From positions 564-64,563 of the forward strand of contig CAIJLV010000054.1 of assembly GCA_903821635.1 (NCBI GenBank): a DNA stretch of 64,000 nt, given 5' to 3'. The position numbers and the translations under genes are program-made. The stretch is from an uncultured Verrucomicrobiota bacterium. Lineage in GTDB: Bacteria > Verrucomicrobiota > Verrucomicrobiia > Limisphaerales > UBA9464. Below are positions 1-8,678 of this stretch, piece by piece (position 1 is the stretch's first letter; the number at the start of each line of letters is the position of its first letter). A model generated the notes under the pieces. That model was not told the DNA's origin. It made no database searches and worked only from the letters and a program-made list of their open reading frames with translations.

Positions 1-198
1 GTGTTAAAGGATCGCGTTCGAAGTGGAGAAGCCTGCCCTCCCGACGCGGTATCGGTTTGAGGGCGGGTAGTCCTAGACTTCGAAAAGCGGCCGCTTTCGG
101 TCGAGTTTGGCGTTTGGATGGCGGTTCGCAGCCCAGAGTAGTCCGGAGAACTCGCCGGTGGGGGCTAGCCTATCCCAGTCCGTTTCAGGGTTGGCAAT

Positions 199-960
199 TC
201 AACTCACTGCCACGACCACTTGGACCTCGACTTTCCGTAGTGCTTGGGCGAGTTCGGCGGGCGGAGATCGGTCTGTGACCACAATGTCGATCGCGTCGAG
301 CTCGCAGAGTTGGCTGATGGATTGGCGGCCAAATTTCGACGAATCGATGCAGAAGATCACGCTTCGGGCCGCATGAATCATTGCTCGTTGCATGTCGATA
401 AGGAGTCCGTGGGAGTTGCTGATGCCGTCGGTCGTGATGCCGCCGCAGCTCATGATCGCCACGTCGGCGCGGATTTTCTGGAAGGCCTCCACCGCCAAGG
501 GGCCGACCAACACGCCAAGCCGCGGATAGATGACGCCGCCGGAGACGACGACTTCCAGTTTGTTGGCGGCGGCAAACAAATTCGCGACCGGTAGGGAGTT
601 GGTGAAAACCTGCGGCGCCTTGGGTTCGAGATATCGGGCGACGTGGTAGCAGGTGGTGCCGGCGTCGATAATGACGGTTTGGTTTGGCTGGATCAGGTCG
701 GCGCAGGCGCGACCAATAAGCTCCTTCTCCGAAAGCTGATGGGTGTCGCGGGTGTTGAAGGTGAATTCGTCCGACTTTGGATTCACCAGCCGGGCGCCGC
801 CGTGCGTGCGGCGGACGACACCCCGAAGTTCCAGCACGATAACGTCGCGGCGAACCGTGGAAACGGACGTGTCTACCAACTCGGAAAGTTCATCCAAGGA
901 CGCGAACTCCACCTTCAGCAGGTGGTCTTCAATGCGTTTCTGGCGTTCTTCACCGGTCAT
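199..960 (-). CDS. DeoR/GlpR-family transcriptional regulator of the BMC locus
   Basis: N-terminal HTH (ERQKRIEDHL...SVSTVRRD...RTHGGA) and DeoR C-terminal motif IIDAGTT. Start trimmed to ATG at 960. Divergent from the BMC operon. Confidence 0.93.
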   Translation of the reverse strand: MTGEERQKRIEDHLLKVEFASLDELSELVDTSVSTVRRDVIVLELRGVVRRTHGGARLVNPKSDEFTFNTRDTHQLSEKELIGRACADLIQPNQTVIIDAGTTCYHVARYLEPKAPQVFTNSLPVANLFAAANKLEVVVSGGVIYPRLGVLVGPLAVEAFQKIRADVAIMSCGGITTDGISNSHGLLIDMQRAMIHAARSVIFCIDSSKFGRQSISQLCELDAIDIVVTDRSPPAELAQALRKVEVQVVVAVS

Positions 961-1007
961 TGCTTGAGTAATAAGTGGTAGCTTTTGGAAGTTATTGCAA
1001 GAAACGC

Positions 1008-1037
1008 TTTGACAATCTTTCAATCCAGCTGTCAAAT
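1008..1037. promoter_or_regulatory. Promoter / candidate DeoR operator between the divergent genes
   Basis: Perfect TTGACA at 1009-1014, TCAAAT 17 nt downstream, and inverted repeat TTTGACA-N15-TGTCAAA just upstream of the pduL ATG at 1048. Confidence 0.55.
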
Positions 1038-1047
1038 CACCTCACTC

Positions 1048-1725
1048 ATGTCGACTTTGGTTTCTACCCCGCACCGTGCGGTCGTCGAGCATTTGGTCCG
1101 TCAGGCGGTTTACGCCCGAATGGGCCGGACTTTACCCCGCAGTGCGGGGGCGCCCAACGCGCTCATTGTCAATGTGAGTGCCCGGCATTGCCACCTGACG
1201 CAGGAGGCGGTCGATGCGTTGTTTGGCAAGGGCCATAAATTGCAGGTCCACAAGTGGCTCTATCAGGACGGGCAATTTGCCGCAAAGGAGACCGTGACGT
1301 TGGTGGGTCCGCGCAGTCGCGTGATTTCCAACCTGCGTATTCTCGGCCCCTGCCGAAGTTTAAACCAAGTCGAATTAGCCTACACTGACGGCATTGCTCT
1401 CGGATTCGACCTGCCGTTGCGCAGTTCCGGCGATATCAAGGGCACGCTCAGTGGGATGTTAATGGGCCCGGCCGGCTTTTTTGAAATGGAGCAGGGGATC
1501 ATCCGTGCGCTGCGCCACGTGCACATGAGTCCGACGGACGCGGACTTTTACGGGGTGAAGGCAGGCGAATGGATGAAGCTCAAAATAGGCGGTCCGTGCG
1601 GCCTGATGCTCGACCGGATGCTAGTCCGGGTGGACCCCAGCTTTAAACTTGAGGTTCACATCGACACCGACGAAGGCAACGCCTGCAACCTCCAGCCCGA
1701 CACTCTGTGCGAGCTGGTTAAATAA
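1048..1725 (+). CDS. pduL: Phosphate propanoyltransferase (PduL-type phosphotransacylase)
   Basis: Motifs VSARHCHL, LYQDGQFAA, RILGPCR, RHVHM, HIDTDEGNA. N-terminal amphipathic helix (RAVVEHLVRQAVYARM) resembles an encapsulation peptide. Confidence 0.95.
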   Translation: MSTLVSTPHRAVVEHLVRQAVYARMGRTLPRSAGAPNALIVNVSARHCHLTQEAVDALFGKGHKLQVHKWLYQDGQFAAKETVTLVGPRSRVISNLRILGPCRSLNQVELAYTDGIALGFDLPLRSSGDIKGTLSGMLMGPAGFFEMEQGIIRALRHVHMSPTDADFYGVKAGEWMKLKIGGPCGLMLDRMLVRVDPSFKLEVHIDTDEGNACNLQPDTLCELVK

Positions 1726-1762
1726 TTTTTCCTGACTCTCAACATTCAAACACCAACGAACA

Positions 1763-2056
1763 ATGAGCGAAGCAATCGGCATGATTGAAACGAAGGGCTT
1801 CACCGGCAGCGTCGAGGCAACCGACGCCATGGCGAAGGCCGCAAACGTCACTATCAGCAAAACCATCGCCATCGGCGGCGGTCTGATCACCGTCATCTGC
1901 CGCGGCGACGTGGCCAGCGTGAAGGCGGCAGTGGACGCCGGCAGCAAGGCCGCGAGCCGGGTCGGCGAACTCGTCGCCAGCCACGTGATCGCCCGGCCGC
2001 ATGATGATCTCGGCAAAGTATTTCTCGGCGAAGTCGCAGCGGCGGCCAAGAAGTAA
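1763..2056 (+). CDS. BMC-H hexameric shell protein
   Basis: AIGMIETKG...[11 protein letters not shown]...[14 protein letters not shown]...HVIARPH (Pfam BMC pattern). Confidence 0.97.
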   Translation: MSEAIGMIETKGFTGSVEATDAMAKAANVTISKTIAIGGGLITVICRGDVASVKAAVDAGSKAASRVGELVASHVIARPHDDLGKVFLGEVAAAAKK

Positions 2057-2094
2057 TCCAACTCAACCACTCCGCTTTCAACTCTCTAAAAATT

Positions 2095-2376
2095 ATGGCT
2101 CAACAAGCTATCGGCATGATCGAATGCAAAGGCCTGTGCGCGCTTTTCGAAGCCGCCGACGCCGCCCTTAAGTCCGCCAATGTCACCTTCACCGGGTGGG
2201 AAAAAGTCGGCTCCGGTTATGTAACTGCATTTTTTCGCGGCGACGTCGCCAGCGTGAAAGCCGCCACTGACGCGGGCGCGGCGGCGGCGGCTCAGGTCGG
2301 TTCGGTCGTTGCGGTGCAGGTTATTCCCCGTCCGCATGAAGGTCTGAGCGGGCTCGGCAAGTGGCTCGTGCAGTAA
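2095..2376 (+). CDS. BMC-H hexameric shell protein
   Basis: AIGMIECKG...[11 protein letters not shown]...KVGSG...[10 protein letters not shown]...VIPRPH. Confidence 0.97.
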   Translation: MAQQAIGMIECKGLCALFEAADAALKSANVTFTGWEKVGSGYVTAFFRGDVASVKAATDAGAAAAAQVGSVVAVQVIPRPHEGLSGLGKWLVQ

Positions 2377-2478
2377 ACGGACTCACCCGTGCCATGGTTG
2401 AATGAGTAAAATTGGAGTTGCCGTCCTCGGGGCTACCTCCCCTTAGAACTCATCTCATTTTGCCGGTTCCTTCACGCT

Positions 2479-3669
2479 GTGAAAATCCTCGTCGCCAACC
2501 TCGGTTCTACGTCGCTTAAGTGGCGGTTGTTCGAATTTTCGGACGCCGCTGTAACGCTGCTGCACAAAGGCGGCTTTGAGCGCGTGACCGACTATTCCAA
2601 GGCCATTGAGGACTGCCTCACGCAGCTCACGGAAGCCGGTGCCATCGCCAACGAAAGCGAATTGGCGGCGGTCGGCTTCAAGACGGTCATCGCTAAAGAT
2701 GTCACTGGCTGTGTCCGGTTGGATGAGCCAGTGCTTCAGGCGATGGCGGATTACAACGGGCTCGCGCCGGCGCACAACCCGCCCTACATCACCGGCATCC
2801 GCCTCTTTGCGCAGCGGATTCCGAAGGTGCCGTTGGTCGGTCTATTTGAGACGGCGTTCTACCAGTTCGCGCCTGAAGCGATGATGCGGTATGCGGTGCC
2901 GGATTCTTGGCACGCCATTGGGGTTCGGCGTTGGGGTTTTCATGGTGCGAGTCACAAGTTCATCGCCGAACGCAGTGCTGAACTCCTCGGACGCCAAGAC
3001 GTGGCCCGCCGGGCGCAGAATCTTTACGTGGACCACGGCCAATCGCCTGTTGAAGGCCCGCCGCTGCGGGTTATCTCGTGTCATCTCGGTGGTAGTTCCA
3101 GCATCACGGGCATTTTGAACGGCGTAGCCATTGGCAACAGCTTGGGCATGAGCCCGCAATCGGGTTTGCCCCACAATAATCGTGTCGGTGACCTCGACGC
3201 GGAGGCGCTGCCTTACGTGGTTAAGACGCTTGGTCTTTCTATCGAGGAAGCCCAGCGGCAGTTCGCGAAGGAGGGCGGCCTGAAAGGTTTATCCGGCGGT
3301 TTTTCCAATGACGTGCGTGACATCCAAGAAGCGGCTGCAAAGGGTAACGCCCAAGCCAAGCTCGCCATTGATGTCTTTGTGAGTGAAGCCCGACGTTGGA
3401 TTGGTGGCTATTTTCTTCAATTGAACGGCGCGGATGCCCTCGTGTTCACCGCCGGTATCGGCGAGAACCGCGCGGAACTACGCGCTGCCATCTGCGCCAA
3501 CCTCGACCAACTTGGCATCGTGCTCGACGCGGAAAAGAACGCCGCCACACGGGCCACCGAAACGGTCATCAGCGCCCCAGAATCGCGGGTGAAGGTTATG
3601 GTCATTCCCACCAACGAGGAGCTCGTCGTGGCTCGCGAAACCCGTCGTTTGCTCGCCTCGTCCCGCTAA
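2479..3669 (+). CDS. ackA: Acetate/propionate kinase family protein (BMC-associated, divergent active site)
   Basis: ILVANLGSTSLK, HNP, GFHGASH, CHLG, FTAGIGEN, IPTNEE motifs. GTG start. Confidence 0.92.
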   Translation: MKILVANLGSTSLKWRLFEFSDAAVTLLHKGGFERVTDYSKAIEDCLTQLTEAGAIANESELAAVGFKTVIAKDVTGCVRLDEPVLQAMADYNGLAPAHNPPYITGIRLFAQRIPKVPLVGLFETAFYQFAPEAMMRYAVPDSWHAIGVRRWGFHGASHKFIAERSAELLGRQDVARRAQNLYVDHGQSPVEGPPLRVISCHLGGSSSITGILNGVAIGNSLGMSPQSGLPHNNRVGDLDAEALPYVVKTLGLSIEEAQRQFAKEGGLKGLSGGFSNDVRDIQEAAAKGNAQAKLAIDVFVSEARRWIGGYFLQLNGADALVFTAGIGENRAELRAAICANLDQLGIVLDAEKNAATRATETVISAPESRVKVMVIPTNEELVVARETRRLLASSR

Positions 3670-3720
3670 CTGCCCAGCCTCCATTCTGCTCAATTTTCAA
3701 ACGTCTCACCTCTCAAAAGT

Positions 3721-4005
3721 ATGGCACAACAAGCAATAGGACTCATTGAAACCCGTGGGCTCGTGGCTCTGGTCGAAGCGACGGACGCGATGCTCAAATC
3801 GGCGAATGTCGAACTCGTCGGCCCGATGGTGCAGGTCGGCAACGCCATGGTGACGGCCACCGTCGTCGGCGATGTCGCCGCCGTAAAAGCGGCCACCGAT
3901 GCCGGTGCCCAAGCCGTCAAGGCGATCAAAGGCGACCTCGTCAGCGTGCATGTCATCGCCCGTCCACATGAGGACGTGGACGCCGTGCTGCCGAAGAAGA
4001 AGTAG
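3721..4005 (+). CDS. BMC-H hexameric shell protein
   Basis: AIGLIETRG...ATDAMLKSANV...GDVAAVKAA...HVIARPH. Confidence 0.97.
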   Translation: MAQQAIGLIETRGLVALVEATDAMLKSANVELVGPMVQVGNAMVTATVVGDVAAVKAATDAGAQAVKAIKGDLVSVHVIARPHEDVDAVLPKKK

Positions 4006-4007
4006 GC

Positions 4008-4094
4008 CAGTAGGTCGGCAATCAGTAAGTCAGTGATTTCAGTTACTGACGAGGTAGTCACACCGAACACTGATTGCTGATCCGCTGAACACTG
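4008..4094. repeat. Intergenic imperfect palindrome built of 7-8 nt TCAGT/ACTGA units
   Basis: Left arm cagtaggtcggcaatcagtaagtcagtgatttcagt, right arm cactgattgctgatccgctgaacactg. tcggcaatcagt (4015-4026) pairs with actgattgctga (4069-4080). Confidence 0.7.
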
Positions 4095-4103
4095 TTCCCC
4101 ACC

Positions 4104-4415
4104 ATGTTCCTCGCCCGCGTAGAAGGATCGGTCGTTTCGACCAAGAAGGAAGCCAGCATGAACGGCCGCAAGCTGCTCCTGCTGCGGCCGCAGTTGGTGG
4201 ACGACAAGGACCCGACCCAGTTCCGGTCCGGTTCGAACACCATCATCGCGGTGGACACCGTGGGCGCGGGCATCGGCGAACTGGTGATGTTCTGCCAAGG
4301 CAGCAGCGCCCGCCTCGCCGGCGGCATGAGAGATGCCCCGGTGGACGCCGTGATCATCGGCATCGTCGATACGGTAGATGTGCTGGGTAAGGAAATTTTC
4401 AACGCCAGACAGTGA
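4104..4415 (+). CDS. BMC-P pentameric vertex protein (EutN/CcmL family)
   Basis: MFLARVEGSVVSTKK...AVDTVGAGIGELV...GSSAR...PVDAVIIGIVD. Confidence 0.96.
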   Translation: MFLARVEGSVVSTKKEASMNGRKLLLLRPQLVDDKDPTQFRSGSNTIIAVDTVGAGIGELVMFCQGSSARLAGGMRDAPVDAVIIGIVDTVDVLGKEIFNARQ

Positions 4416-4507
4416 GCCGGTGTGGACGCCCATGTCCGCAATTCGGCCAACAATATTGATAATCAATTTGAGCTGAGGAGGTGGGCCTCCTAGCCGGAAG
4501 CATTGTA

Positions 4508-6004
4508 ATGAGCGCAGTTAACGAATCCCTGATCCGAGATGTGGTCGCCGAAGTGTTGAGCCGGTTGGGCGGAGCGCCTGCCGCGGCGAAGCCGGCATCC
4601 TCCGAACCCGCCGCTTCTTCATGTGGCTGTGGGGGCAAAGGTGCCGCGACGTCCGCGCCCGGTTTGCGGGGCAAGTTCGGCGTCTTCCAGGATGCGAACG
4701 AGGCGAGCGCCGCCGCCCACGAATCGTTCGTTCAACTACAGAAGGCCGGCGTCGCCGCCCGCGTGAAGATCGTCGAGATCGTCAAGGCGATGGCCGAGGC
4801 GAACGCCGAGGCGTGGGGCAAGATCGAGCTGGAAGAGACGAAGATTGGCCGCCTCGACCACAAGATCGAGAAGCTGAAGATCATCAAGCTCGTCCCTGGC
4901 GTCGAGTGGCTCCGCCCGGACGCCCGCAGCGGCGATCACGGCATCACGCTGGAGGAATATACGCCCTTCGGCGTCGTCGGCGCGGTCACGCCGAGCACGC
5001 ATTCGATTCCGACGTTGAGCGGCAACATCGTGAACATCTGCGCGGCGGGGAATGCGGTGGTGTTTAACCCGCATCCGAGCGCGGCGCGTTGCGCGGCGCT
5101 TGCGGTGCGCGCCTACAACGAAGCCATCTATCGCGAGACCGGTATTGAGAACATCGCGACCATCATCGAGAAGCCCTCGATGGAGAGCTTTGCCGCGATG
5201 TGCAAGCACGAGGCCGTCCGCATCCTGCTCGTCACCGGCGGTCCCGGCGTCGTGAAAGCCGCGATGCAGACTGGCAAGCGCGCCATCTGCGCCGGCCCCG
5301 GCAATCCGCCGGTTTATGTCGATGACACCGCCTGCATGAAGCGTGCGGCGAAGGCGATCATCCAGGGTGCGAGCTACGACAACAACCTGCTCTGCATCGG
5401 CGAGAAGGAAGTCTTCGCGCTGGAAAACATCGCGGACAAATTGATGGCGCAGATGGAGCAGAACGGCGCGGTGAAACTCACGAACGCCCAACTCGACGCG
5501 CTGACCCAGGCGGCGTTCACCATCACGCCCGGTCAGGGTGGCGGTTGTGGCCACGCGCGCGTGAACAAGGATTTCATCGGCAAGGATCCTTCTGTGTTGG
5601 CCAAAGCCGCCGGGCTGAATTTGCCAGCCGGAACGCAGCTATTGTTCGCTGAAACTGATGCGAACCACCCGTTCGTCGTCGAGGAACAGATGATGCCCTT
5701 CCTGCCGATCACGCGCGTGAAGAGTTTGGAAGAAGGCGTTGCCCGCTCGCTCGAAGCCGAACACGGCTACAAGCACACGAGCATCATTCATTCGCACGAC
5801 ATTGAAGCCCTAACCGCAATGGGTCGCACGCTCGATACGACCCTGTTCATTAAGAATGGGCCCAGTATGGCGGGTCTCGGATTGGGAGGCGAAGGCTACC
5901 TCAGTTTCTCTATCGCGACGCCCACCGGTGAAGGGGTCAGCAATCCGCGCACCTTTACCCGCGTTCGACGCTGCGTGATGGTGGACAACCTGAAGATTTA
6001 CTGA
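4508..6004 (+). CDS. CoA-acylating aldehyde dehydrogenase (EutE/PduP-like), BMC core enzyme
   Basis: PFGVVGAVTPSTH, VTGGPGVV, AGPGNPPV, catalytic NLLCIGEKE, EQMMP, IATPTGEG. N-terminal encapsulation-peptide-like NESLIRDVVAEVLSRL. Confidence 0.95.
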   Translation: MSAVNESLIRDVVAEVLSRLGGAPAAAKPASSEPAASSCGCGGKGAATSAPGLRGKFGVFQDANEASAAAHESFVQLQKAGVAARVKIVEIVKAMAEANAEAWGKIELEETKIGRLDHKIEKLKIIKLVPGVEWLRPDARSGDHGITLEEYTPFGVVGAVTPSTHSIPTLSGNIVNICAAGNAVVFNPHPSAARCAALAVRAYNEAIYRETGIENIATIIEKPSMESFAAMCKHEAVRILLVTGGPGVVKAAMQTGKRAICAGPGNPPVYVDDTACMKRAAKAIIQGASYDNNLLCIGEKEVFALENIADKLMAQMEQNGAVKLTNAQLDALTQAAFTITPGQGGGCGHARVNKDFIGKDPSVLAKAAGLNLPAGTQLLFAETDANHPFVVEEQMMPFLPITRVKSLEEGVARSLEAEHGYKHTSIIHSHDIEALTAMGRTLDTTLFIKNGPSMAGLGLGGEGYLSFSIATPTGEGVSNPRTFTRVRRCVMVDNLKIY

Positions 6005-6012
6005 GCCTCCCC

Positions 6013-6291
6013 ATGCTCCTCGCCCGCGTCGAAGGCAATGTGGTCGCCACCCGGAAGCATCCCAGCTTCGAGGGTTGGCGGCTCGTCATCTGCCAGCCGA
6101 TCGGTCAGGACGGCACGCCGGAAGGCTCGCCGCAGATTGCCATCGATTCTCATGGGGCAGGCATGCACCAGCGGGTGGTGATTTCCAGCGACGGCTCGGA
6201 AGCGCGCAAGGCGGTCGGTGACCCGAGAAGCCCGGCTCGGTGGTTGGTGGTCGGGATCGTGGACGAAAAGGAACCGGGAGTGCCGGTATGA
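6013..6291 (+). CDS. BMC-P vertex protein (EutN/CcmL family)
   Basis: MLLARVEGNVVATRKH...AIDSHGAG...SDGSEAR...VVGIVD. Confidence 0.95.
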   Translation: MLLARVEGNVVATRKHPSFEGWRLVICQPIGQDGTPEGSPQIAIDSHGAGMHQRVVISSDGSEARKAVGDPRSPARWLVVGIVDEKEPGVPV

Positions 6292-6593
6292 AACTCGGCG
6301 CCGTCATCGGGCGGGTCACATTGAGCACGGTCGTTCCCGAGTTGCGGGGCGCACGCTGGCTGATCGTTTCGCCGTTTACCCGGGAGCATTACCAGCGCGG
6401 CTGCGACACGCCGCTGGGCCTGAGCAAGGATCCGAGTCTGGTGGTTTACGACGCGCTCGGTGGCGGCGTGGGCCAGACTATCGGTTACGTCGAGGGCCGG
6501 GAAGCGGCCCAGCCTTTTGAAACCCCACCGCCGATTGATGCCTTCAACGCGGCCTTGGTGGACGAAATCTTCTACAACCCGTTTAACAAATGA
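6288..6593 (+). CDS. Divergent BMC-P vertex protein (EutN/CcmL family)
   Basis: MKLGAVIGRVTLS...VVYDALGGGVG...EGREAAQPF...PIDAFNAALVD. ATGA overlap with the upstream gene. Confidence 0.88.
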   Translation: MKLGAVIGRVTLSTVVPELRGARWLIVSPFTREHYQRGCDTPLGLSKDPSLVVYDALGGGVGQTIGYVEGREAAQPFETPPPIDAFNAALVDEIFYNPFNK

Positions 6594-7630
6594 GCACGGT
6601 TTTCACCGCCAAAGATATCGAGGAGATCATCGCCAAGGGTGGCGATCCCGTCGCCGCCTCCAAGGACGCCATCCTCACGCCGTCCGCCAAGGACGTGCTG
6701 CGTGACTTCGCCGCGAAATCGTCGCGTTCGGCGCCAGTGTCTGCGTCGGTGTCTGCCGTGCCGGCGAAGCCGTTGAATTCCAAGAGTCCCAAGGCCGAAC
6801 TAGAGGCCTACTTCAACTCCCCGGCCGCGCACGCGCTTAAGGAACAGATCTGCGCGATGGGGCGCCGGCTGTGGGAACGCGAATATGTGGACGGGAACGG
6901 TGGCAACATGGCCATCCGCGTCGGTGAGGACATCGCCATCTGCACGCCGACGCTGGTCAGCAAAGGTTCGCTCAAGCCGGAAGACATGTGCCTCGTGGAC
7001 TTCGAGGGCAACCAACTGCTCGGCACCAAGCGGCGCACCAGTGAGATCTTGATGCACCTGCAGATGATGAAGCGGCAGCCGAGTGCCGTGGCCACGTGCC
7101 ATTGCCATCCGCCGTATTCGACGGCGTTTGCGGTGGTTGGCGAAGCCCCGCCCACATGCATGCTGCCGGAGTATGAAGTGTTCTGCTCCGTTGGCGTCGC
7201 GCCGTATCGCACGCCCGGTTCGCCGGACATGGGCAAGCTCGTCGCGGAGCTGACCGACCAATACAACACCATCCTGATGGCGAATCACGGCGTGGTGACG
7301 TGGTCGCACAACAACATTGAGGAAGCCTACTGGCGCATGGAGATCATCGAGGCGTATTGCCGCACGATCGTGGTCGCTGGTCAGCTCGGGAAACCGATCC
7401 AGACCTTCACCGGGCCGCAGATGAAGGACATCCTGAACATCAAGAAGTCGCTCGGATTCGTTGACCCGCGTTACGGCATGAAGGAATGCGAACTCTGCGA
7501 CAGCGGCGACTGGCGTCCGGGCGCGACGTGCGCCGTTCCTGAGCGTGCCGAAGCGGCCGTGGGCTACGACGCCGAGGCGGAAGCCGCCGTGCAGGCGATC
7601 ACGGACCAGATTTTGGCGCAGATGAAGTGA
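6590..7630 (+). CDS. Class II aldolase (FucA/RhaD-like) with N- and C-terminal extensions
   Basis: GGNMAIR, TPTLVSKG, TSEILMH, Zn-binding HCHP and NHG. C-terminal helix EAAVQAITDQILAQMK. Confidence 0.92.
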   Translation: MSTVFTAKDIEEIIAKGGDPVAASKDAILTPSAKDVLRDFAAKSSRSAPVSASVSAVPAKPLNSKSPKAELEAYFNSPAAHALKEQICAMGRRLWEREYVDGNGGNMAIRVGEDIAICTPTLVSKGSLKPEDMCLVDFEGNQLLGTKRRTSEILMHLQMMKRQPSAVATCHCHPPYSTAFAVVGEAPPTCMLPEYEVFCSVGVAPYRTPGSPDMGKLVAELTDQYNTILMANHGVVTWSHNNIEEAYWRMEIIEAYCRTIVVAGQLGKPIQTFTGPQMKDILNIKKSLGFVDPRYGMKECELCDSGDWRPGATCAVPERAEAAVGYDAEAEAAVQAITDQILAQMK

Positions 7631-7649
7631 GCTCGAAGGACCTTTTCCA

Positions 7650-8576
7650 ATGAAAGTTGCAATCATCGGTGGTGGCGGTCGTGTGGGTTCATGCGCGGCG
7701 TTCGCCTTACAGTGCGGCGGACTCGTCTCGGCGATCCAAATTCTCGACGCCAACAAGGATCTGGCCGACGGCGAAGCGCTGGATTTGCTGCACGGCAGCG
7801 CGTTCGCGGGCGACCAGAAGATCTACGCCGGCGATTACGCCCGAGCCGCCGACAGCGACATTTTCCTCATCACCGCGGGCCTGCGCCGCAAGCCGGATGA
7901 ATCGCGCCTCGACCTTATCAACCGCAACGTGGCGCTGTTCGTTGGGATTCTCGACAGCATCAAGGCGGCGGGTTTCCGGAAGGACGCCCACATTTTCGTG
8001 GTGTCGAACCCGGTGGACATCCTTACGCAGCTTGCCGGCCAGCGGCTCGGTCTGCCGTGGCAGCAAGTTTACGGGTTGGGCACGATGCTCGACACGTCGC
8101 GCTTCAGTTCGCTCATCGCGGAGGAGCTGAAGCTGGCTCCGACCCAAGTGAAAGCTCTGATCTTAGGTGAACATGGCGACTCCATGTTGCCGGTCTGGTC
8201 GAGCGCGACGGTCAACGGGTTGCCGCTGGCAGGACTGGCCGAATGCAGCCCGTCGTTCCAGAACACCGTTTTCGAACGCACTAAGGGCAGTGGCGCCGAA
8301 GTCATCAAGCGCAAGGGTGGCGCCGGTTGGGCGGTGGGTATTGCCATTCGCGACGTGATTCATGCGGTGCTGCTCAACAAGCAGACGCTGTTGCCGGTTT
8401 CGTCGCTAGTTCAGGGAGCCTACGACATCCGCGATATCTGCCTGAGCGTTCCGAGCGTGGTCAGTCGCAAGGGCGTGGAGAAGCACGTCGAAATCAAGCT
8501 TTGGCCCAAGGAACAGATGGCGTTGCAGGCCTCGGCCCGTGCGCTGAAGGAAACGCTCGCGAAGGTAAAAGCCTGA
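7650..8576 (+). CDS. Lactate/malate dehydrogenase family protein
   Basis: IIGGGGRVG Rossmann motif, ITAGLRRKPDESRLDL, VVSNPVD, LDTSRF, GEHGD. Confidence 0.93.
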   Translation: MKVAIIGGGGRVGSCAAFALQCGGLVSAIQILDANKDLADGEALDLLHGSAFAGDQKIYAGDYARAADSDIFLITAGLRRKPDESRLDLINRNVALFVGILDSIKAAGFRKDAHIFVVSNPVDILTQLAGQRLGLPWQQVYGLGTMLDTSRFSSLIAEELKLAPTQVKALILGEHGDSMLPVWSSATVNGLPLAGLAECSPSFQNTVFERTKGSGAEVIKRKGGAGWAVGIAIRDVIHAVLLNKQTLLPVSSLVQGAYDIRDICLSVPSVVSRKGVEKHVEIKLWPKEQMALQASARALKETLAKVKA

Positions 8577-8678
8577 ACATTGCCCCCAGACTCCATCACT
8601 TGGTGCCTCACCGCAGAATTGCGGCAGCGAGTGTGGGTGCCCAATGCTCATTGAGCCTTGGACCTTGGATATTCCCTC

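Noticed and set aside
31-100. Hairpins downstream of the DeoR gene as an ncRNA or tRNA
   Set aside because: No cloverleaf or known RNA motif; probably terminator-like, and context is cut off by the window edge.
199-8576. The BMC locus itself as a novel system
   Set aside because: Gene set and order match the described PVM fucose/rhamnose microcompartment; only the specific deviations are reported as findings.
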